Both the position numbers and the translations under genes were made by a program. 35,962 bases of DNA. It comes from Bacteroidetes bacterium 4572_112 (GTDB lineage: Bacteria; Bacteroidota; Bacteroidia; Bacteroidales; UBA1556). Positions 19,241 to 30,631 of the stretch are shown here, in pieces; position 1 is the first letter of the stretch; every line of letters begins with the position of its first letter. The stretch covers positions 1-35,962 of the forward strand of contig NIUZ01000039.1 in the NCBI GenBank assembly GCA_002254285.1, given 5' to 3'. The notes under the pieces were generated by a model. That model worked only from the letters and a program-made list of their open reading frames with translations. It did not search any database and was not told where the DNA came from.

Positions 19241-19386
19241 TGTGGGTTGGGTATTATAATAAAAAAGGCAATATTAACTAAAATATTGCCTTTTTCTTAT
19301 AAAATTATTGATTTGTGGGTTGGGTATTATAATAAAAAAGGCAATATTAACTAAAATATTGCCTTTTTCTTATAAAATTATTGATT
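19241..19386. repeat. Exact 73-bp tandem duplication containing the eno terminator
   Basis: 19241-19313 equals 19314-19386; each copy has AAAAAGGCAATATT..AATATTGCCTTTTT. Confidence 0.95.
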
Positions 19387-20694
<1,308 letters not shown>

Positions 20695-20905
20695 TTAATA
20701 AAACGTGTTTTATAATCGATATGCAAATATATAAAAAAAGAAGGCTGTTATTTGCGTAACAATACAGGCTCAATGTTACTTTAATGTTAAGCTTTCATAA
20801 ATATCAATTAATCGATTGATTTTTGTTCGCAATGAGTGATTTAATAATTTTCTGAAACTCAATAATTGTTTTATCTTTGATTTCTTAATTAAAATACTAA
20901 TAGAA

Positions 20906-22087
20906 ATGAGCAAATATAGTTTCGATAAAACCACCAACCGCAAAGGTACTAATAGCGTAAAATACGATTTACTGGAAAAGCTTTACGGCAAAGAGAACCT
21001 TATACCGATGTGGGTAGCGGATATGGATTTTGATACTCCTTCATTTATTTTTGAAGCTATCGCTAAGCGAGCACAGCATCCAATATTGGGTTATACATTC
21101 CGTGACGAAAGCTATAATTTGAATATTGTGGAATGGCTTCAGAAAAGACATCAATGGAAAATAGAGCCTACGCAAATATCGTTTACTCCTGGGGTAGTGC
21201 CAGGTTTGCTTATGGCCATGGAAGCGGTATCGAATATTGGTGACGAAATTATAGTTCAAACTCCTGTTTACTTTCCGTTTTTTACTACCATAAAGAAAAA
21301 TGGGCGTATTATGCTCAATAATGATTTGAAGAAAGTAAATGGTAACTATAGAATGGATTTCGATAATTTGAAATCAATAATTACTCCCAAGACAAAGGCT
21401 ATAATTATTAGCAATCCGCATAACCCTGTTGGCCGTGTGTGGACTTTACAAGAGCTAAACGAGCTTGTGGATATCTGCTATGATAATGATATTAAAATCA
21501 TTAGTGACGAAATTCACTCCGATATAGTTTTTGCTCCCAACAAACATATTCCCATAAGCTCTGTTTCGGATAAAGCTGCGGAAATATCAATGGTATTTAT
21601 GGCTCCAAGCAAAACTTTTAATATCGCTGGGCTTTCTACTTCTTTTGTTGTGATAGAGAATAAAGCATTATTTGTCAAATACGAACAGCGCCTCGATGCA
21701 CTTCATCTATGGCAAGGAAATATATTTGGAAATGTAGCAACTCAAGCAGCCTACTCTGCACAAGGAACAGAATGGCTAGGGGAGATGCTAACTTATTTGG
21801 AAGAAAATATTGATTATGCTATTGGTTATATTAACGATAGAATCCCCCAAATATCAGTTCATAAACCTGAGGCAACTTACCTGCTTTGGTTTGATATGAA
21901 AGAATATGGCATGTCGCATAAGGAACTTACAGATTTCTTTATTAATGATGTGGGAATCGCCATAAATCAAGGAAGGATATTTGGCAGTGGAGGTGATGGC
22001 TATGTTAGACTGAATGTTGCTACATCACGAGAGATAGTTATGCAGGCTCTGAATCAATTGGAAAAGGCAATTAAGTCACGTAAATAG
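20906..22087 (+). CDS. patB: PatB/MalY-family PLP-dependent cystathionine beta-lyase (C-S lyase)
   Basis: PMWVADMDF, NPHNPVGRVW, SDEIHSD, APSKTFNIAG and EATYLLW motifs. Confidence 0.9.
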   Translation: MSKYSFDKTTNRKGTNSVKYDLLEKLYGKENLIPMWVADMDFDTPSFIFEAIAKRAQHPILGYTFRDESYNLNIVEWLQKRHQWKIEPTQISFTPGVVPGLLMAMEAVSNIGDEIIVQTPVYFPFFTTIKKNGRIMLNNDLKKVNGNYRMDFDNLKSIITPKTKAIIISNPHNPVGRVWTLQELNELVDICYDNDIKIISDEIHSDIVFAPNKHIPISSVSDKAAEISMVFMAPSKTFNIAGLSTSFVVIENKALFVKYEQRLDALHLWQGNIFGNVATQAAYSAQGTEWLGEMLTYLEENIDYAIGYINDRIPQISVHKPEATYLLWFDMKEYGMSHKELTDFFINDVGIAINQGRIFGSGGDGYVRLNVATSREIVMQALNQLEKAIKSRK

Positions 22088-22144
22088 AATTCATGTAAAT
22101 AGAATTCATGTAAATAGAATTCATGAATTCTATTTACGTGACTT
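22073..22144. repeat. REP-like palindrome with triplicated left arm
   Basis: AAGTCAC-(GTAAATAGAATTCAT)x3-GAATTCTATTTACGTGACTT. Confidence 0.9.
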
Positions 22145-22156
22145 CTATCAACATGA

Positions 22157-22714
22157 TCATATATACTTAATCGTATCTAATTGACTATTCATATCTGTTT
22201 TACTTTGATCCACACCACCAATAATTGTACATATTTTTAGTTTCATTCCACAGAATTCAATAATTTGTTTATTAAACATATTTTTAAGCCTTCTGTTTGC
22301 ACCAGTAATCTTATAGTAGAATGATGGAGCACCTGTGGAGGTGAAAATGCTAACTTTTTTGTTAGTAAGAAGACCTTTTGGACGAGAATTGACATAGGTA
22401 AAGGCGAAACCTTTTGATAAGTTCCAATCAATAAAATTCTTTAGTATAGCTGGCATACTTCCCCACCAATATGGAAATACAAAAACAATTTCGTCAGCAT
22501 TGCTAATCTTTGTTTGAAAGAACTCCATGGACTTAGTTGTAACTAAATCGTTTGCTCTTTCATAGGTGAAAAATGGCTGCTGATGTTCGCAGTTATACAA
22601 ATCTAGCACCTCAACTTTATGATTTTTAGATTCAGCCGATTCTTTATACTTATTTGTCATAGCAAAAGAGAAACTCTCCTTTATGGGATTTGCTACTATT
22701 ATTAATATATTCAT
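22157..22714 (-). CDS. Flavodoxin-fold NAD(P)H-dependent (quinone) oxidoreductase
   Basis: ILII.ANP..ESFS, FPYWWGSMPAILKNFID, GFAF and TSTGAP motifs. Confidence 0.9.
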   Translation of the reverse strand: MNILIIVANPIKESFSFAMTNKYKESAESKNHKVEVLDLYNCEHQQPFFTYERANDLVTTKSMEFFQTKISNADEIVFVFPYWWGSMPAILKNFIDWNLSKGFAFTYVNSRPKGLLTNKKVSIFTSTGAPSFYYKITGANRRLKNMFNKQIIEFCGMKLKICTIIGGVDQSKTDMNSQLDTIKYI

Positions 22715-22789
22715 AGTAATATTGATTGTTTGAATTTATTATTAGCACAAAGATAGCTAAAGTGAGAGCAGGAGGATGTAATAGAAATC

Positions 22790-22827
22790 ATGTAGTAGAT
22801 AGAATTCTTGAATTCTATCTACTACAT
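22790..22827. repeat. GTAG-type REP-like perfect palindrome
   Basis: ATGTAGTAGATAGAATTC-TT-GAATTCTATCTACTACAT (18-bp arms); related to 22073-22144. Confidence 0.85.
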
Positions 22828-22859
22828 AAAAAAAACGACCACCAAAGGGCAGTCGTTTT
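22828..22859 (-). terminator. Terminator after nqrF
   Basis: A-tract + AAACGAC..GTCGTTT hairpin. Confidence 0.65.
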
Positions 22860-22881
22860 CATATATATTATAATTCGATTA

Positions 22882-24141
22882 TTATCCTCCGAAATCATCA
22901 AAGGCAATCATCTCATCTGGTACACCAAGGTCTTCCAACATTTTAAGAACGGCATCGTTCATCATTGGAGGTCCACAAAGGTAATACTCAATTTCTTCTG
23001 GCTCTTCCATTTTCGATAGGTAGTTGTCGAGGATTATCTGATGGATAAATCCTACATAACCTTCCCAATTATCTTCTGGAGCAGGCTCCGAAAGTCCAAT
23101 ATGGAATTTGAATTGTGGGTTATCTTTTTCAATAGCCCTAAACTCATCCACATAGAATAGTTCTCTTAACGAGCGACCACCATACCAGAAAGTAGCTTTA
23201 CGATCTGTTTTCTGAGTTAAGTATTGATCGAATATATGCGAGCGCATAGGAGCCATTCCGGCACCACCACCAATAAACATCATCTCGCGCTTGGTATCCT
23301 TAATAAAGAACTCACCATAAGGTCCCGAAACCATAACTTTATCACCTGGCTTAAGGTTAAATATGTATGAAGAGCAAATTCCTGGGTTTACCTTAGCAAA
23401 ACCTTTATTCTTAGCATCCCACGGTGGAGTTGCAACACGAATATTAAGTTTCACAATATCACCTTCAGCAGGGTGGTTAGCCATAGAATATGCACGGTAT
23501 ATTGGCTCTGGATTTTTCATCACCAAATCCCACATATTAAAGTTGTCCCAATCGGCTTTATAGTCGTCACCAATAACCATATCTTTATAATTAACAGTGA
23601 TTTTAGGAACATCAATCTGAATATATCCACCTGAGCGGAAATCCATATGCTCGCCTTCAGGAAGACGTACCGTAAATTCCTTAATAAATGTAGCAACAGA
23701 TTCGTTAGAAACCACTTCGCATTCCCATTTCTTAATTCCGAATATCTCAGCTGGTACGCCAATACTCATATCGTTACGAACCTTCACCTGGCAACCAAGT
23801 CGCCAATGATCAGAAGCCTCTTTACGAGTAAAAAATCCTTTTTCAGTAGGAAGAATATCTCCACCACCATCAAGCACCTGTACTTTACACATTCCGCAAG
23901 TACCACCACCACCACAAGCCGATGGAAGGAAGATTTTCTCTTCGGTCATCTTGGCCAATAGTGTACCATCAGGATCAGTTTCTATTTCTTTTTCGCCATT
24001 AATAGTAAGCTTTACCTTTCCTTGAGGAGTAAGCTTTTTCTTTGCATATAGCAATATGCTCACCAATAGAAGCATTACGCCCAAAAAGGCTACAACGCTT
24101 ATTATAATTATGGTAGAGGTTGAAATTTCTGCTAATATCAT
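22882..24141 (-). CDS. nqrF: Na+-translocating NADH:quinone reductase subunit F
   Basis: CGGGGTCGMC 2Fe-2S motif, RAYSMAN, GGGAGMAPMRSH, YLCGPP and FDDFGG. Confidence 0.98.
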   Translation of the reverse strand: MILAEISTSTIIIISVVAFLGVMLLLVSILLYAKKKLTPQGKVKLTINGEKEIETDPDGTLLAKMTEEKIFLPSACGGGGTCGMCKVQVLDGGGDILPTEKGFFTRKEASDHWRLGCQVKVRNDMSIGVPAEIFGIKKWECEVVSNESVATFIKEFTVRLPEGEHMDFRSGGYIQIDVPKITVNYKDMVIGDDYKADWDNFNMWDLVMKNPEPIYRAYSMANHPAEGDIVKLNIRVATPPWDAKNKGFAKVNPGICSSYIFNLKPGDKVMVSGPYGEFFIKDTKREMMFIGGGAGMAPMRSHIFDQYLTQKTDRKATFWYGGRSLRELFYVDEFRAIEKDNPQFKFHIGLSEPAPEDNWEGYVGFIHQIILDNYLSKMEEPEEIEYYLCGPPMMNDAVLKMLEDLGVPDEMIAFDDFGG

Positions 24142-24151
24142 ATCTTTAAAA

Positions 24152-24769
24152 TTATAATTTTATACCCATAAATGTCATGAAAGCAATACCCATAATACCT
24201 GTAATTACGAAAGTAATTCCTAGGCCACGTAGTGGAGCAGGTACGTTTGAATACTGAATCTTCTCGCGAATAGCAGCAATCGCTACAATAGCCATAAACC
24301 AACCTACACCCGAACCAAGTCCGAATACTGTTGCCTCGGCAATGTTTTGATATTCTCGCTGTTGCATAAATAATGATCCACCAAGTATTGCACAATTTAC
24401 TGCAATAAGAGGAAGGAAAATTCCTAGTGATGCATATAATGAAGGAGAGAATTTCTCAACAATCATTTCCACAAGCTGTACCATTGATGCTATAATGGCA
24501 ATAAACATGATAAAGCTAAGGAAGCTAAGGTCTATAGTAGCATACTCTTCGCCCATCCACTGCAATGCGCCAGGCTTAAGAAGGTATTCGTTCATAAGGT
24601 AGTCAACAGGTACTGTAATTATCAAAACGAAAATTACTGCTGCACCAAGTCCTACCGATGTTTTTACTGTTTTCGATACTGCCAAATAGGAACACATTCC
24701 AAGGAAGTACGCAAACACCATATTGTCTACAAATATGGATTTTACAAATATATTTACTAAATCTTGCAT
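24152..24769 (-). CDS. nqrE: Na+-NQR subunit E
   Basis: FLGMCSYLAVSK, LGIFLPLIAVNCAI and GLGITF motifs. Confidence 0.97.
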   Translation of the reverse strand: MQDLVNIFVKSIFVDNMVFAYFLGMCSYLAVSKTVKTSVGLGAAVIFVLIITVPVDYLMNEYLLKPGALQWMGEEYATIDLSFLSFIMFIAIIASMVQLVEMIVEKFSPSLYASLGIFLPLIAVNCAILGGSLFMQQREYQNIAEATVFGLGSGVGWFMAIVAIAAIREKIQYSNVPAPLRGLGITFVITGIMGIAFMTFMGIKL

Positions 24770-24795
24770 ATTAATTTCTTTAAAATATTATCAAA

Positions 24796-25251
24796 TTAAT
24801 CTTCAACTAGGTCAGTATTGCGCGAGCGCTGAATCCAAATAATAGTTGCAACAGCAAATAGAGCCATTGGTGGTAATAATACCAAACCATTATTTACATA
24901 TCCTAAATCATAAAATGAGTCAGGGATAATTTTCATTCCCATAAGTGATCCTGTTCCGAATAACTCACGGAAAAAAGCCACTGCAACAAGTATCCATGCA
25001 TATCCTGCACCGTTTCCTAGTCCATCGAGGAAAGCAGGCCAAGGTTTGTTTGACATAGCAAATGCCTCAAAACGTCCCATGATAATACAGTTGGTAATAA
25101 TAAGTCCAACAAATACCGATAGCTGCTTGCTTACATCATAAGCGAAGGCTTTAAGTACTTGGTCAACAAGGATTACCAGTGCCGCAATTACTACTAATTG
25201 AACAATGATACGAATACGAGAAGGAATTCCGTTTCGCATGAATGAGATCAC
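24796..25251 (-). pseudogene. nqrD: Na+-NQR subunit D, N-terminally truncated
   Basis: [36 protein letters not shown] is present; the N-terminal NNPI..LG.CSALAVT region is absent. Confidence 0.9.
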
Positions 25252-25927
25252 CATTACATGTAAGTGTACTTCCTGATATAGCATCAATACCATTTATGGC
25301 ATCAATATCCGATTGGTTTGCAACGCCACCTTTTATCACAGATACCGATACAAATTTATCATCTTTAAAAATCTGTTTTCCAATAAATCTGTTAGTAAAG
25401 TCAGGTAGAATAATCTCTGCTCCAAGTCCAGGAGTTTCGCTATCGTGTCCAAAATTTACTGCTGCCACAGTGTTTTTGTCAGAATCTAATGAGATGTTTC
25501 CATAAATAGGACCCCAAAGTCCTTTTCCAAATAGTGGAATTATATAGAAAGTTTCTCCATTATTATTCATAACAAACAATGGCATTGCTGTAATGTTTTT
25601 AGAATTAGCATTATATAATGCTGTTTTTAGATTTACGTCAAAAGCACGAGTAGTACCTGTAAGTTCGCCATTGGCAAAGGTGCTAATCTCTTCTCCTTTT
25701 TCGTTTATTATCACCTCTTTAACAAGGTGCTTTTTGTATAAGTCAGCTGCTGTAGTTGCATCAGCTGCCACACCTATTGATCCCAATAGGTTGATCATTT
25801 TTTCGTTTTGCTTATTTTTATCCTGCAAAGGTTTTAGCGCAAGATTGGCTGAGGTAAGAATTACCGCTACCAATACCACCATAACCGAAGCATAAATAAA
25901 AATGTATGAATTACTATTCTTGTTCAT
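25250..25927 (-). pseudogene. nqrC: Na+-NQR subunit C, C-terminally truncated; ORF runs out of frame over nqrD to 25163
   Basis: GKGLWGPIYG, ETPGLGAEI and [12 protein letters not shown] are present, then an abrupt switch to nqrD sequence. Confidence 0.9.
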
Positions 25928-25947
25928 ATCGTTAAATTATTTAATGG

Positions 25948-27099
25948 TTAAGCGCTAAGTTTAGCACGTTTAAGTCTTTTCTTTATGTTTGAATCCACCA
26001 CGTAGAAGTCAATTGTTGGAGCAAATACGTTCATAAATAGTATTGCCAACATTACACCTTCTGGATAAGCAGGATTTAGCACCCTTACAAGTATAGCAAT
26101 GAATCCGGCCAAGAAGCCATAAATCCATTTTCCTGTTTCGGTTTGTGCTGCTGTTACTGGATCGGTAATCATAAATACACCACCAAAGGCAAATCCACCA
26201 ATTAGGATATGCTCCCAAGGACATAATTGTAAGTATGTATTGTCAGGGAATGATCCTGATAATAAGTGAAGAATTCCTCCCATTGCGATACCTCCCACGA
26301 AGAACGATAACATCAATTTCCAATTTCCTACTCCTGTTACCAATAGTATAAAGGCGCCTATTGCCAAAGCAATAATTGAAGTCTCACCAATGGATCCTGC
26401 GTAGTTTCCTACTATCATTTCCATATGGCTAATTCCGGCACCATGTCCTGCTGTAAGCTCTGCTAGTGGAGTTGCTCCTGAGAAAGCATCAGCTTTTTCG
26501 GCAATCCATACTTTGTCACCACTCATTGCTGAAGGGTAAGCGAAGAATAATACTGCTCTTGTTAATAGGGCAGGGTTTACAATGTTCATCCCTGTACCTC
26601 CGAAAACTTCTTTTCCGAAAATAACAGCAAAAGCTACTGCCACAGCAACCATCCATAATGGAGTAGATACTGGTACAATTAGCGGAATAAGCATTCCCGA
26701 TACAAAGAAACCTTCGTTTACTTCGTGACCTCTGCCTTGGGCAAACATTATCTCAATTCCCAATCCTACTACATAAGTAACAATGATGATTGGTAGCACT
26801 TGCCATAATCCATAAACAAAGGCATCCATTATAGATGCTGTTTCGCCAATGGAAGTAAAATGCATATTTCCAGCATTCCACATTCCGAAGAATAAAGCTG
26901 GCATCATGGCTATTACAACCATAAACATTGAGCGCTTCATATCCACACCGTCTCTGATGTGACTTCCCGATGTTGTAACTACGTCGGGAGTATAAAATAA
27001 AGTATCAGCGGCGTCATACATAGAGTGAAAAGCCTGAAACTTTTCTCCCTTTTGCACGTGAGGCTTTATATTGTCTAATATATTTCTTATAAATTTCAT
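25948..27099 (-). CDS. nqrB: Na+-NQR subunit B
   Basis: HIRDGVDMKR, EGFFVSG, KEVFGGTG.N..NPAL, SGATPL FMN site and AYPEGVMLAIL. Confidence 0.97.
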   Translation of the reverse strand: MKFIRNILDNIKPHVQKGEKFQAFHSMYDAADTLFYTPDVVTTSGSHIRDGVDMKRSMFMVVIAMMPALFFGMWNAGNMHFTSIGETASIMDAFVYGLWQVLPIIIVTYVVGLGIEIMFAQGRGHEVNEGFFVSGMLIPLIVPVSTPLWMVAVAVAFAVIFGKEVFGGTGMNIVNPALLTRAVLFFAYPSAMSGDKVWIAEKADAFSGATPLAELTAGHGAGISHMEMIVGNYAGSIGETSIIALAIGAFILLVTGVGNWKLMLSFFVGGIAMGGILHLLSGSFPDNTYLQLCPWEHILIGGFAFGGVFMITDPVTAAQTETGKWIYGFLAGFIAILVRVLNPAYPEGVMLAILFMNVFAPTIDFYVVDSNIKKRLKRAKLSA

Positions 27100-27119
27100 T
27101 ATCGATAAATTATCATTAA

Positions 27120-28466
27120 TTAACTCATTTCCTTACGTAATTCATCAAGACCCTCGCGGAGTACTTTCTGAATGTCAATTTTAGAAGTACTGATGTATTC
27201 GCATAATGCTATATCCTCTTCATCAACTTCGTAAATTCCCAAATTCTCCATCATATCTATATCATTAATCATAATCGATTTGATAAGTTGAATAGGGTAT
27301 ATGTCCATAGGGAAAACCTTCTCCATCTGTCCTGTAAAAACAAAAGCACGCTCACCACCGTTCATATTAGTGTTTAGAGTGTACTCTTTGTTTGGACTTA
27401 ACCACGAGAAAGCTGTTCTGTAAAAACTATGCTTTTTAGGACTTGGAATTAACCAACCGAAAAACTCAAATATATTTCCTTCAGGAATTACTGTTAATGA
27501 GTTATGGTAGTAAGAAAGTGAGCCCTTAGGTCCAATATTGCTACCAGTAAGTACATTACCACTAATGATTCTAACAGGGTTCTCAGTTTTAAGTTTTCCT
27601 TCAATAATTTCAGCAATACAAGCACCACGGTTCACCTTATAGTATTGAGGCTCTTTAACCTCAGAACCTGTCAATGCAATTGTAATTTCAGGTTTGTACT
27701 CGCCAGTTAGGAATAAATTACCAATGGTGGCAACATCCTGAGCTTGTACTACCCATACAATCTCACCTTTATTAATTGGTGATACATGATGAATCTGAAT
27801 CCCTACATTTCCTGCTGGGTGAGGCCCAGAGAAAGTGTTGATTTCTACATTCTTAATATCTTTAAGGAAAGAACTAGTTTTGGAACTAATTCCTAAGTTT
27901 ACTTTTCCTTCAGTAAGTTTTGCCAGAGCATCAACTCCTGCTTGAAAGGCCTCTTCTAAGCCCGCAAGGCTGAAATCCAAATCAGCCGCTAGTGGAGCGC
28001 TATCAAAACCAGATATAAATACTGATTTTGGCTTATCCTCAGGATTTGCTACAACAGTATACGGACGTTGGCGGACCAAAGACCAAAGGCCACTTTCTAA
28101 AAGTTGCTCTTTGATTGCTTTTGCATCCAGAGTTGAAGGTTGAGCTTTGCCGAAAGAAACAAAATCGTTGCTGCCATCGGCCTCAATCTTTATCTCAAGC
28201 ATTTTACGCTTTGCACCTCTAACTATTTCAGTAATTGTACCACTAACTGGGGATGGGATTTTTACGTACTCCCTTTTTTTATCAAAGAAGACAGGAGCGC
28301 CTCTTTTTACTTTGTCTCCCACTCTTGCTGACAGTTTTGGCAGCATCCCGTGAAAGTCGGTAGGTTTTAATGCATAATGACTTGTATTTATTTCTTGCAC
28401 TTCTTTTTGCGCAGTTCCTACAAGTTTTATGTCATAACCTTTCTTTATCTTAATATTCATTGACAT
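27120..28466 (-). CDS. nqrA: Na+-NQR subunit A
   Basis: IKIKKG.D, GPHPAGNVG, ISGNVLTG, GGERA and EED.ALCEY..SK motifs. Confidence 0.97.
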   Translation of the reverse strand: MSMNIKIKKGYDIKLVGTAQKEVQEINTSHYALKPTDFHGMLPKLSARVGDKVKRGAPVFFDKKREYVKIPSPVSGTITEIVRGAKRKMLEIKIEADGSNDFVSFGKAQPSTLDAKAIKEQLLESGLWSLVRQRPYTVVANPEDKPKSVFISGFDSAPLAADLDFSLAGLEEAFQAGVDALAKLTEGKVNLGISSKTSSFLKDIKNVEINTFSGPHPAGNVGIQIHHVSPINKGEIVWVVQAQDVATIGNLFLTGEYKPEITIALTGSEVKEPQYYKVNRGACIAEIIEGKLKTENPVRIISGNVLTGSNIGPKGSLSYYHNSLTVIPEGNIFEFFGWLIPSPKKHSFYRTAFSWLSPNKEYTLNTNMNGGERAFVFTGQMEKVFPMDIYPIQLIKSIMINDIDMMENLGIYEVDEEDIALCEYISTSKIDIQKVLREGLDELRKEMS

Positions 28467-29254
28467 AAGAAAACTATGATTGTTAACACTTTAACACCTT
28501 TGTTAAACCTAACAAAAGTGAATTATATAATACTACAAATATGGTAAAAAAAATTAAGTCATCACTACTTAATAGTTAAATAAAAACGGTTAAAAAACTA
28601 ACATTTCTCATAAAATAACATAAAGTATCAGAAAATGAAGATATTATAATCAAATAGTTATAAGAATAACAGCTAAGTTTATTTAATAACAACGCCTTAT
28701 TTAGAATAGTAAACTTCTTTGAAAATTAAAGTGTTTTTGTTTTTTTTATTTGGCTATTATAAATAGTGTTTTTACAAGAGCCAAGTTTAATTTGTGATTA
28801 TTTGCGCGGACTAATTGTAATTATTGGGATAAATTTTCCACTTATGTAATACTAAATATTTATAAATGGTATATACACTAAGTATTATAAAATACAGTAT
28901 ATCAAATATATAAAGGATTATATTGCTTGCCTATGATTTTGTATATGGTTAATTATTTGTAATGAAATATTTTGCAGATTGACTAAAATCAATTACTTTT
29001 AGAAATATTTTGGTAGGTAAATTGTTCTCTGAATTTATGCTAATTTATAATATGAGATAAGTTACTTTCTTAGGTGTTTTGTCTTTGTGTTCAAATATAT
29101 CTAACATCATTATAAATAATACTGATAAATGAGAGTAGTTTATTACTTTTGTGAGCACAAATAGAAAAAGTCTGTGTTGAATTTTGTTGTTACAAAAATA
29201 GCAAGACATTTATTTGGTTTGAATATTAATAGGTTTAATTATAATAATAGTTTT

Positions 29255-29749
29255 ATGAAATTCAAGAACATTTTTGTTGCTTTTCTTGTGATATTGTTGG
29301 GGTGGATGCTTCTGACGTGGTCATTGGAACTGCAGAGTATATTGCTCGGTGTTGGAATTTCGGCAGTATTGTCGTTATTGCTCTGCGGTAGTTGTACTCT
29401 TTTTAATGAGATTAACCTTACACCTAAGGCTTTTGCTTATTCTTTTTGGTACTTAATTGTATTTCTAATAGAGTTGGTTAAAGCTAATATTGATGTAACG
29501 CGAAGAGTGCTTTCGCCTTCAATGCCTATAAATCCAGGTATTGTGAAAGTAGAGACTACTCTAAAATCTAAAATGGCTCGTTTGATTCTTGCTAACTCTA
29601 TCACATTAACGCCAGGTACATTTACCATTGAGATAAATGACGACGCGCTTTATGTGCACTGGATTGATGTTGAGAGTGATGATGTAGAAGGCGCAACGAA
29701 AGCGATAGTAAGTAAATTTGAAAAGTTATTGGAGGTAATGTATGGATAA
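29255..29749 (+). CDS. mnhE: MnhE/MrpE (MbxA-like) antiporter subunit
   Basis: INPGIV, LANSITLTPGT and LYVHWID motifs; ATG at 29255 preferred. Confidence 0.93.
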   Translation: MKFKNIFVAFLVILLGWMLLTWSLELQSILLGVGISAVLSLLLCGSCTLFNEINLTPKAFAYSFWYLIVFLIELVKANIDVTRRVLSPSMPINPGIVKVETTLKSKMARLILANSITLTPGTFTIEINDDALYVHWIDVESDDVEGATKAIVSKFEKLLEVMYG

Positions 29750-30002
29750 TATAGTTATTTATATTGCTTTAGTAATGTTGATGGTAACATTATTAGCAGG
29801 GCTGATAAGGTTTGTAAAAGGACCTTCGGTAGTAGATAAAGTTGTGGGCTTTGATTCCATGACAATCACCTCTTTGGTGATGATTGGTGTTATAGCTTAT
29901 TTGTCGAATCGTGCTATTTATTTAGACGTAGCAGTGGTATATGGCTTCCTTAGTTTCTTAGGAGTTATTATTGTTGCTAAATATATACAAGGAGGACTAT
30001 AA
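29742..30002 (+). CDS. mnhF: MnhF/MrpF (MbxB-like) subunit
   Basis: RFVKGPS..D.VV..D and YLDVA motifs; 3 TM. Confidence 0.92.
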   Translation: MDNIVIYIALVMLMVTLLAGLIRFVKGPSVVDKVVGFDSMTITSLVMIGVIAYLSNRAIYLDVAVVYGFLSFLGVIIVAKYIQGGL

Positions 30003-30003
30003 T

Positions 30004-30381
30004 ATGGGCGAGACAATAAAATTAATCGGTGAAATATTTCTGTTAATAGGTTCATTTAGCCTTATGACAGCAGCTGTAGGTTTACTACGTATGCCAGATG
30101 TATATAATAGAGTGCAAACAGGTACTAAAGCTTCTACTTTGGGAGCATTAATGTCGTTTGTAGGCTTAGCAATGATGAGTTTTGATCATTGGCAAGAAAC
30201 AAACTGGGTAGGTAGATTCTTGGTTTTAGTGATTTTCATTCTTCTTACAAATCCAGTTTCGTCACATGTGTTGATGCGTGCTGCTTATGCTATGAAAATA
30301 CCTTTATCAAAGCTTACTTCAGTAGATAAACTAAAGGAAGATATTAATAATAAAGTTTTGGAGGAACCTAAAGATGAATAG
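30004..30381 (+). CDS. mnhG: MnhG/MrpG (MbxC-like) subunit
   Basis: GLLRMPDVYNR....TKASTLG and LTNPVSSH motifs. Confidence 0.93.
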   Translation: MGETIKLIGEIFLLIGSFSLMTAAVGLLRMPDVYNRVQTGTKASTLGALMSFVGLAMMSFDHWQETNWVGRFLVLVIFILLTNPVSSHVLMRAAYAMKIPLSKLTSVDKLKEDINNKVLEEPKDE

Positions 30382-30631
30382 TGAAATGATATATAGCTTA
30401 ATAGCTATCGGAATAGGTATTCTTATGTTAATAATGGCAGTAATTGCTATTCTTAATGATAAGTTATCTGTAGCAGTTATAGCTGCTGGTGTTGTTAGTT
30501 TATTTGCCTCAGTACTGTTTTTATTAATGGCGGCTCCCGATGTTGCAATGACAGAAGCTGCTATTGGTAGTGGACTTTCAACTTTAATTTTCTTTTATGT
30601 ATTAAATAAAATCAAAAGACAAAATGCTTAG
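30374..30631 (+). CDS. DUF4040 / MbhD-MbxD-like subunit
   Basis: APDVAMTEAAIGSG motif; 3 TM. Confidence 0.9.
   Translation: MNSEMIYSLIAIGIGILMLIMAVIAILNDKLSVAVIAAGVVSLFASVLFLLMAAPDVAMTEAAIGSGLSTLIFFYVLNKIKRQNA

Noticed and set aside
22080-22124. CRISPR-like short repeats
   Set aside because: 15-bp units are directly adjacent with no spacers, and there are no cas genes.
25163-25293. Programmed frameshift or natural overlap of nqrC and nqrD
   Set aside because: Conserved sequence from both proteins is physically absent, and there is no slippery site.
28467-29254. Hidden gene or riboswitch in the long nqrA-mnhE spacer
   Set aside because: No credible ORF or GC-rich structure seen; it looks like divergent promoter DNA.
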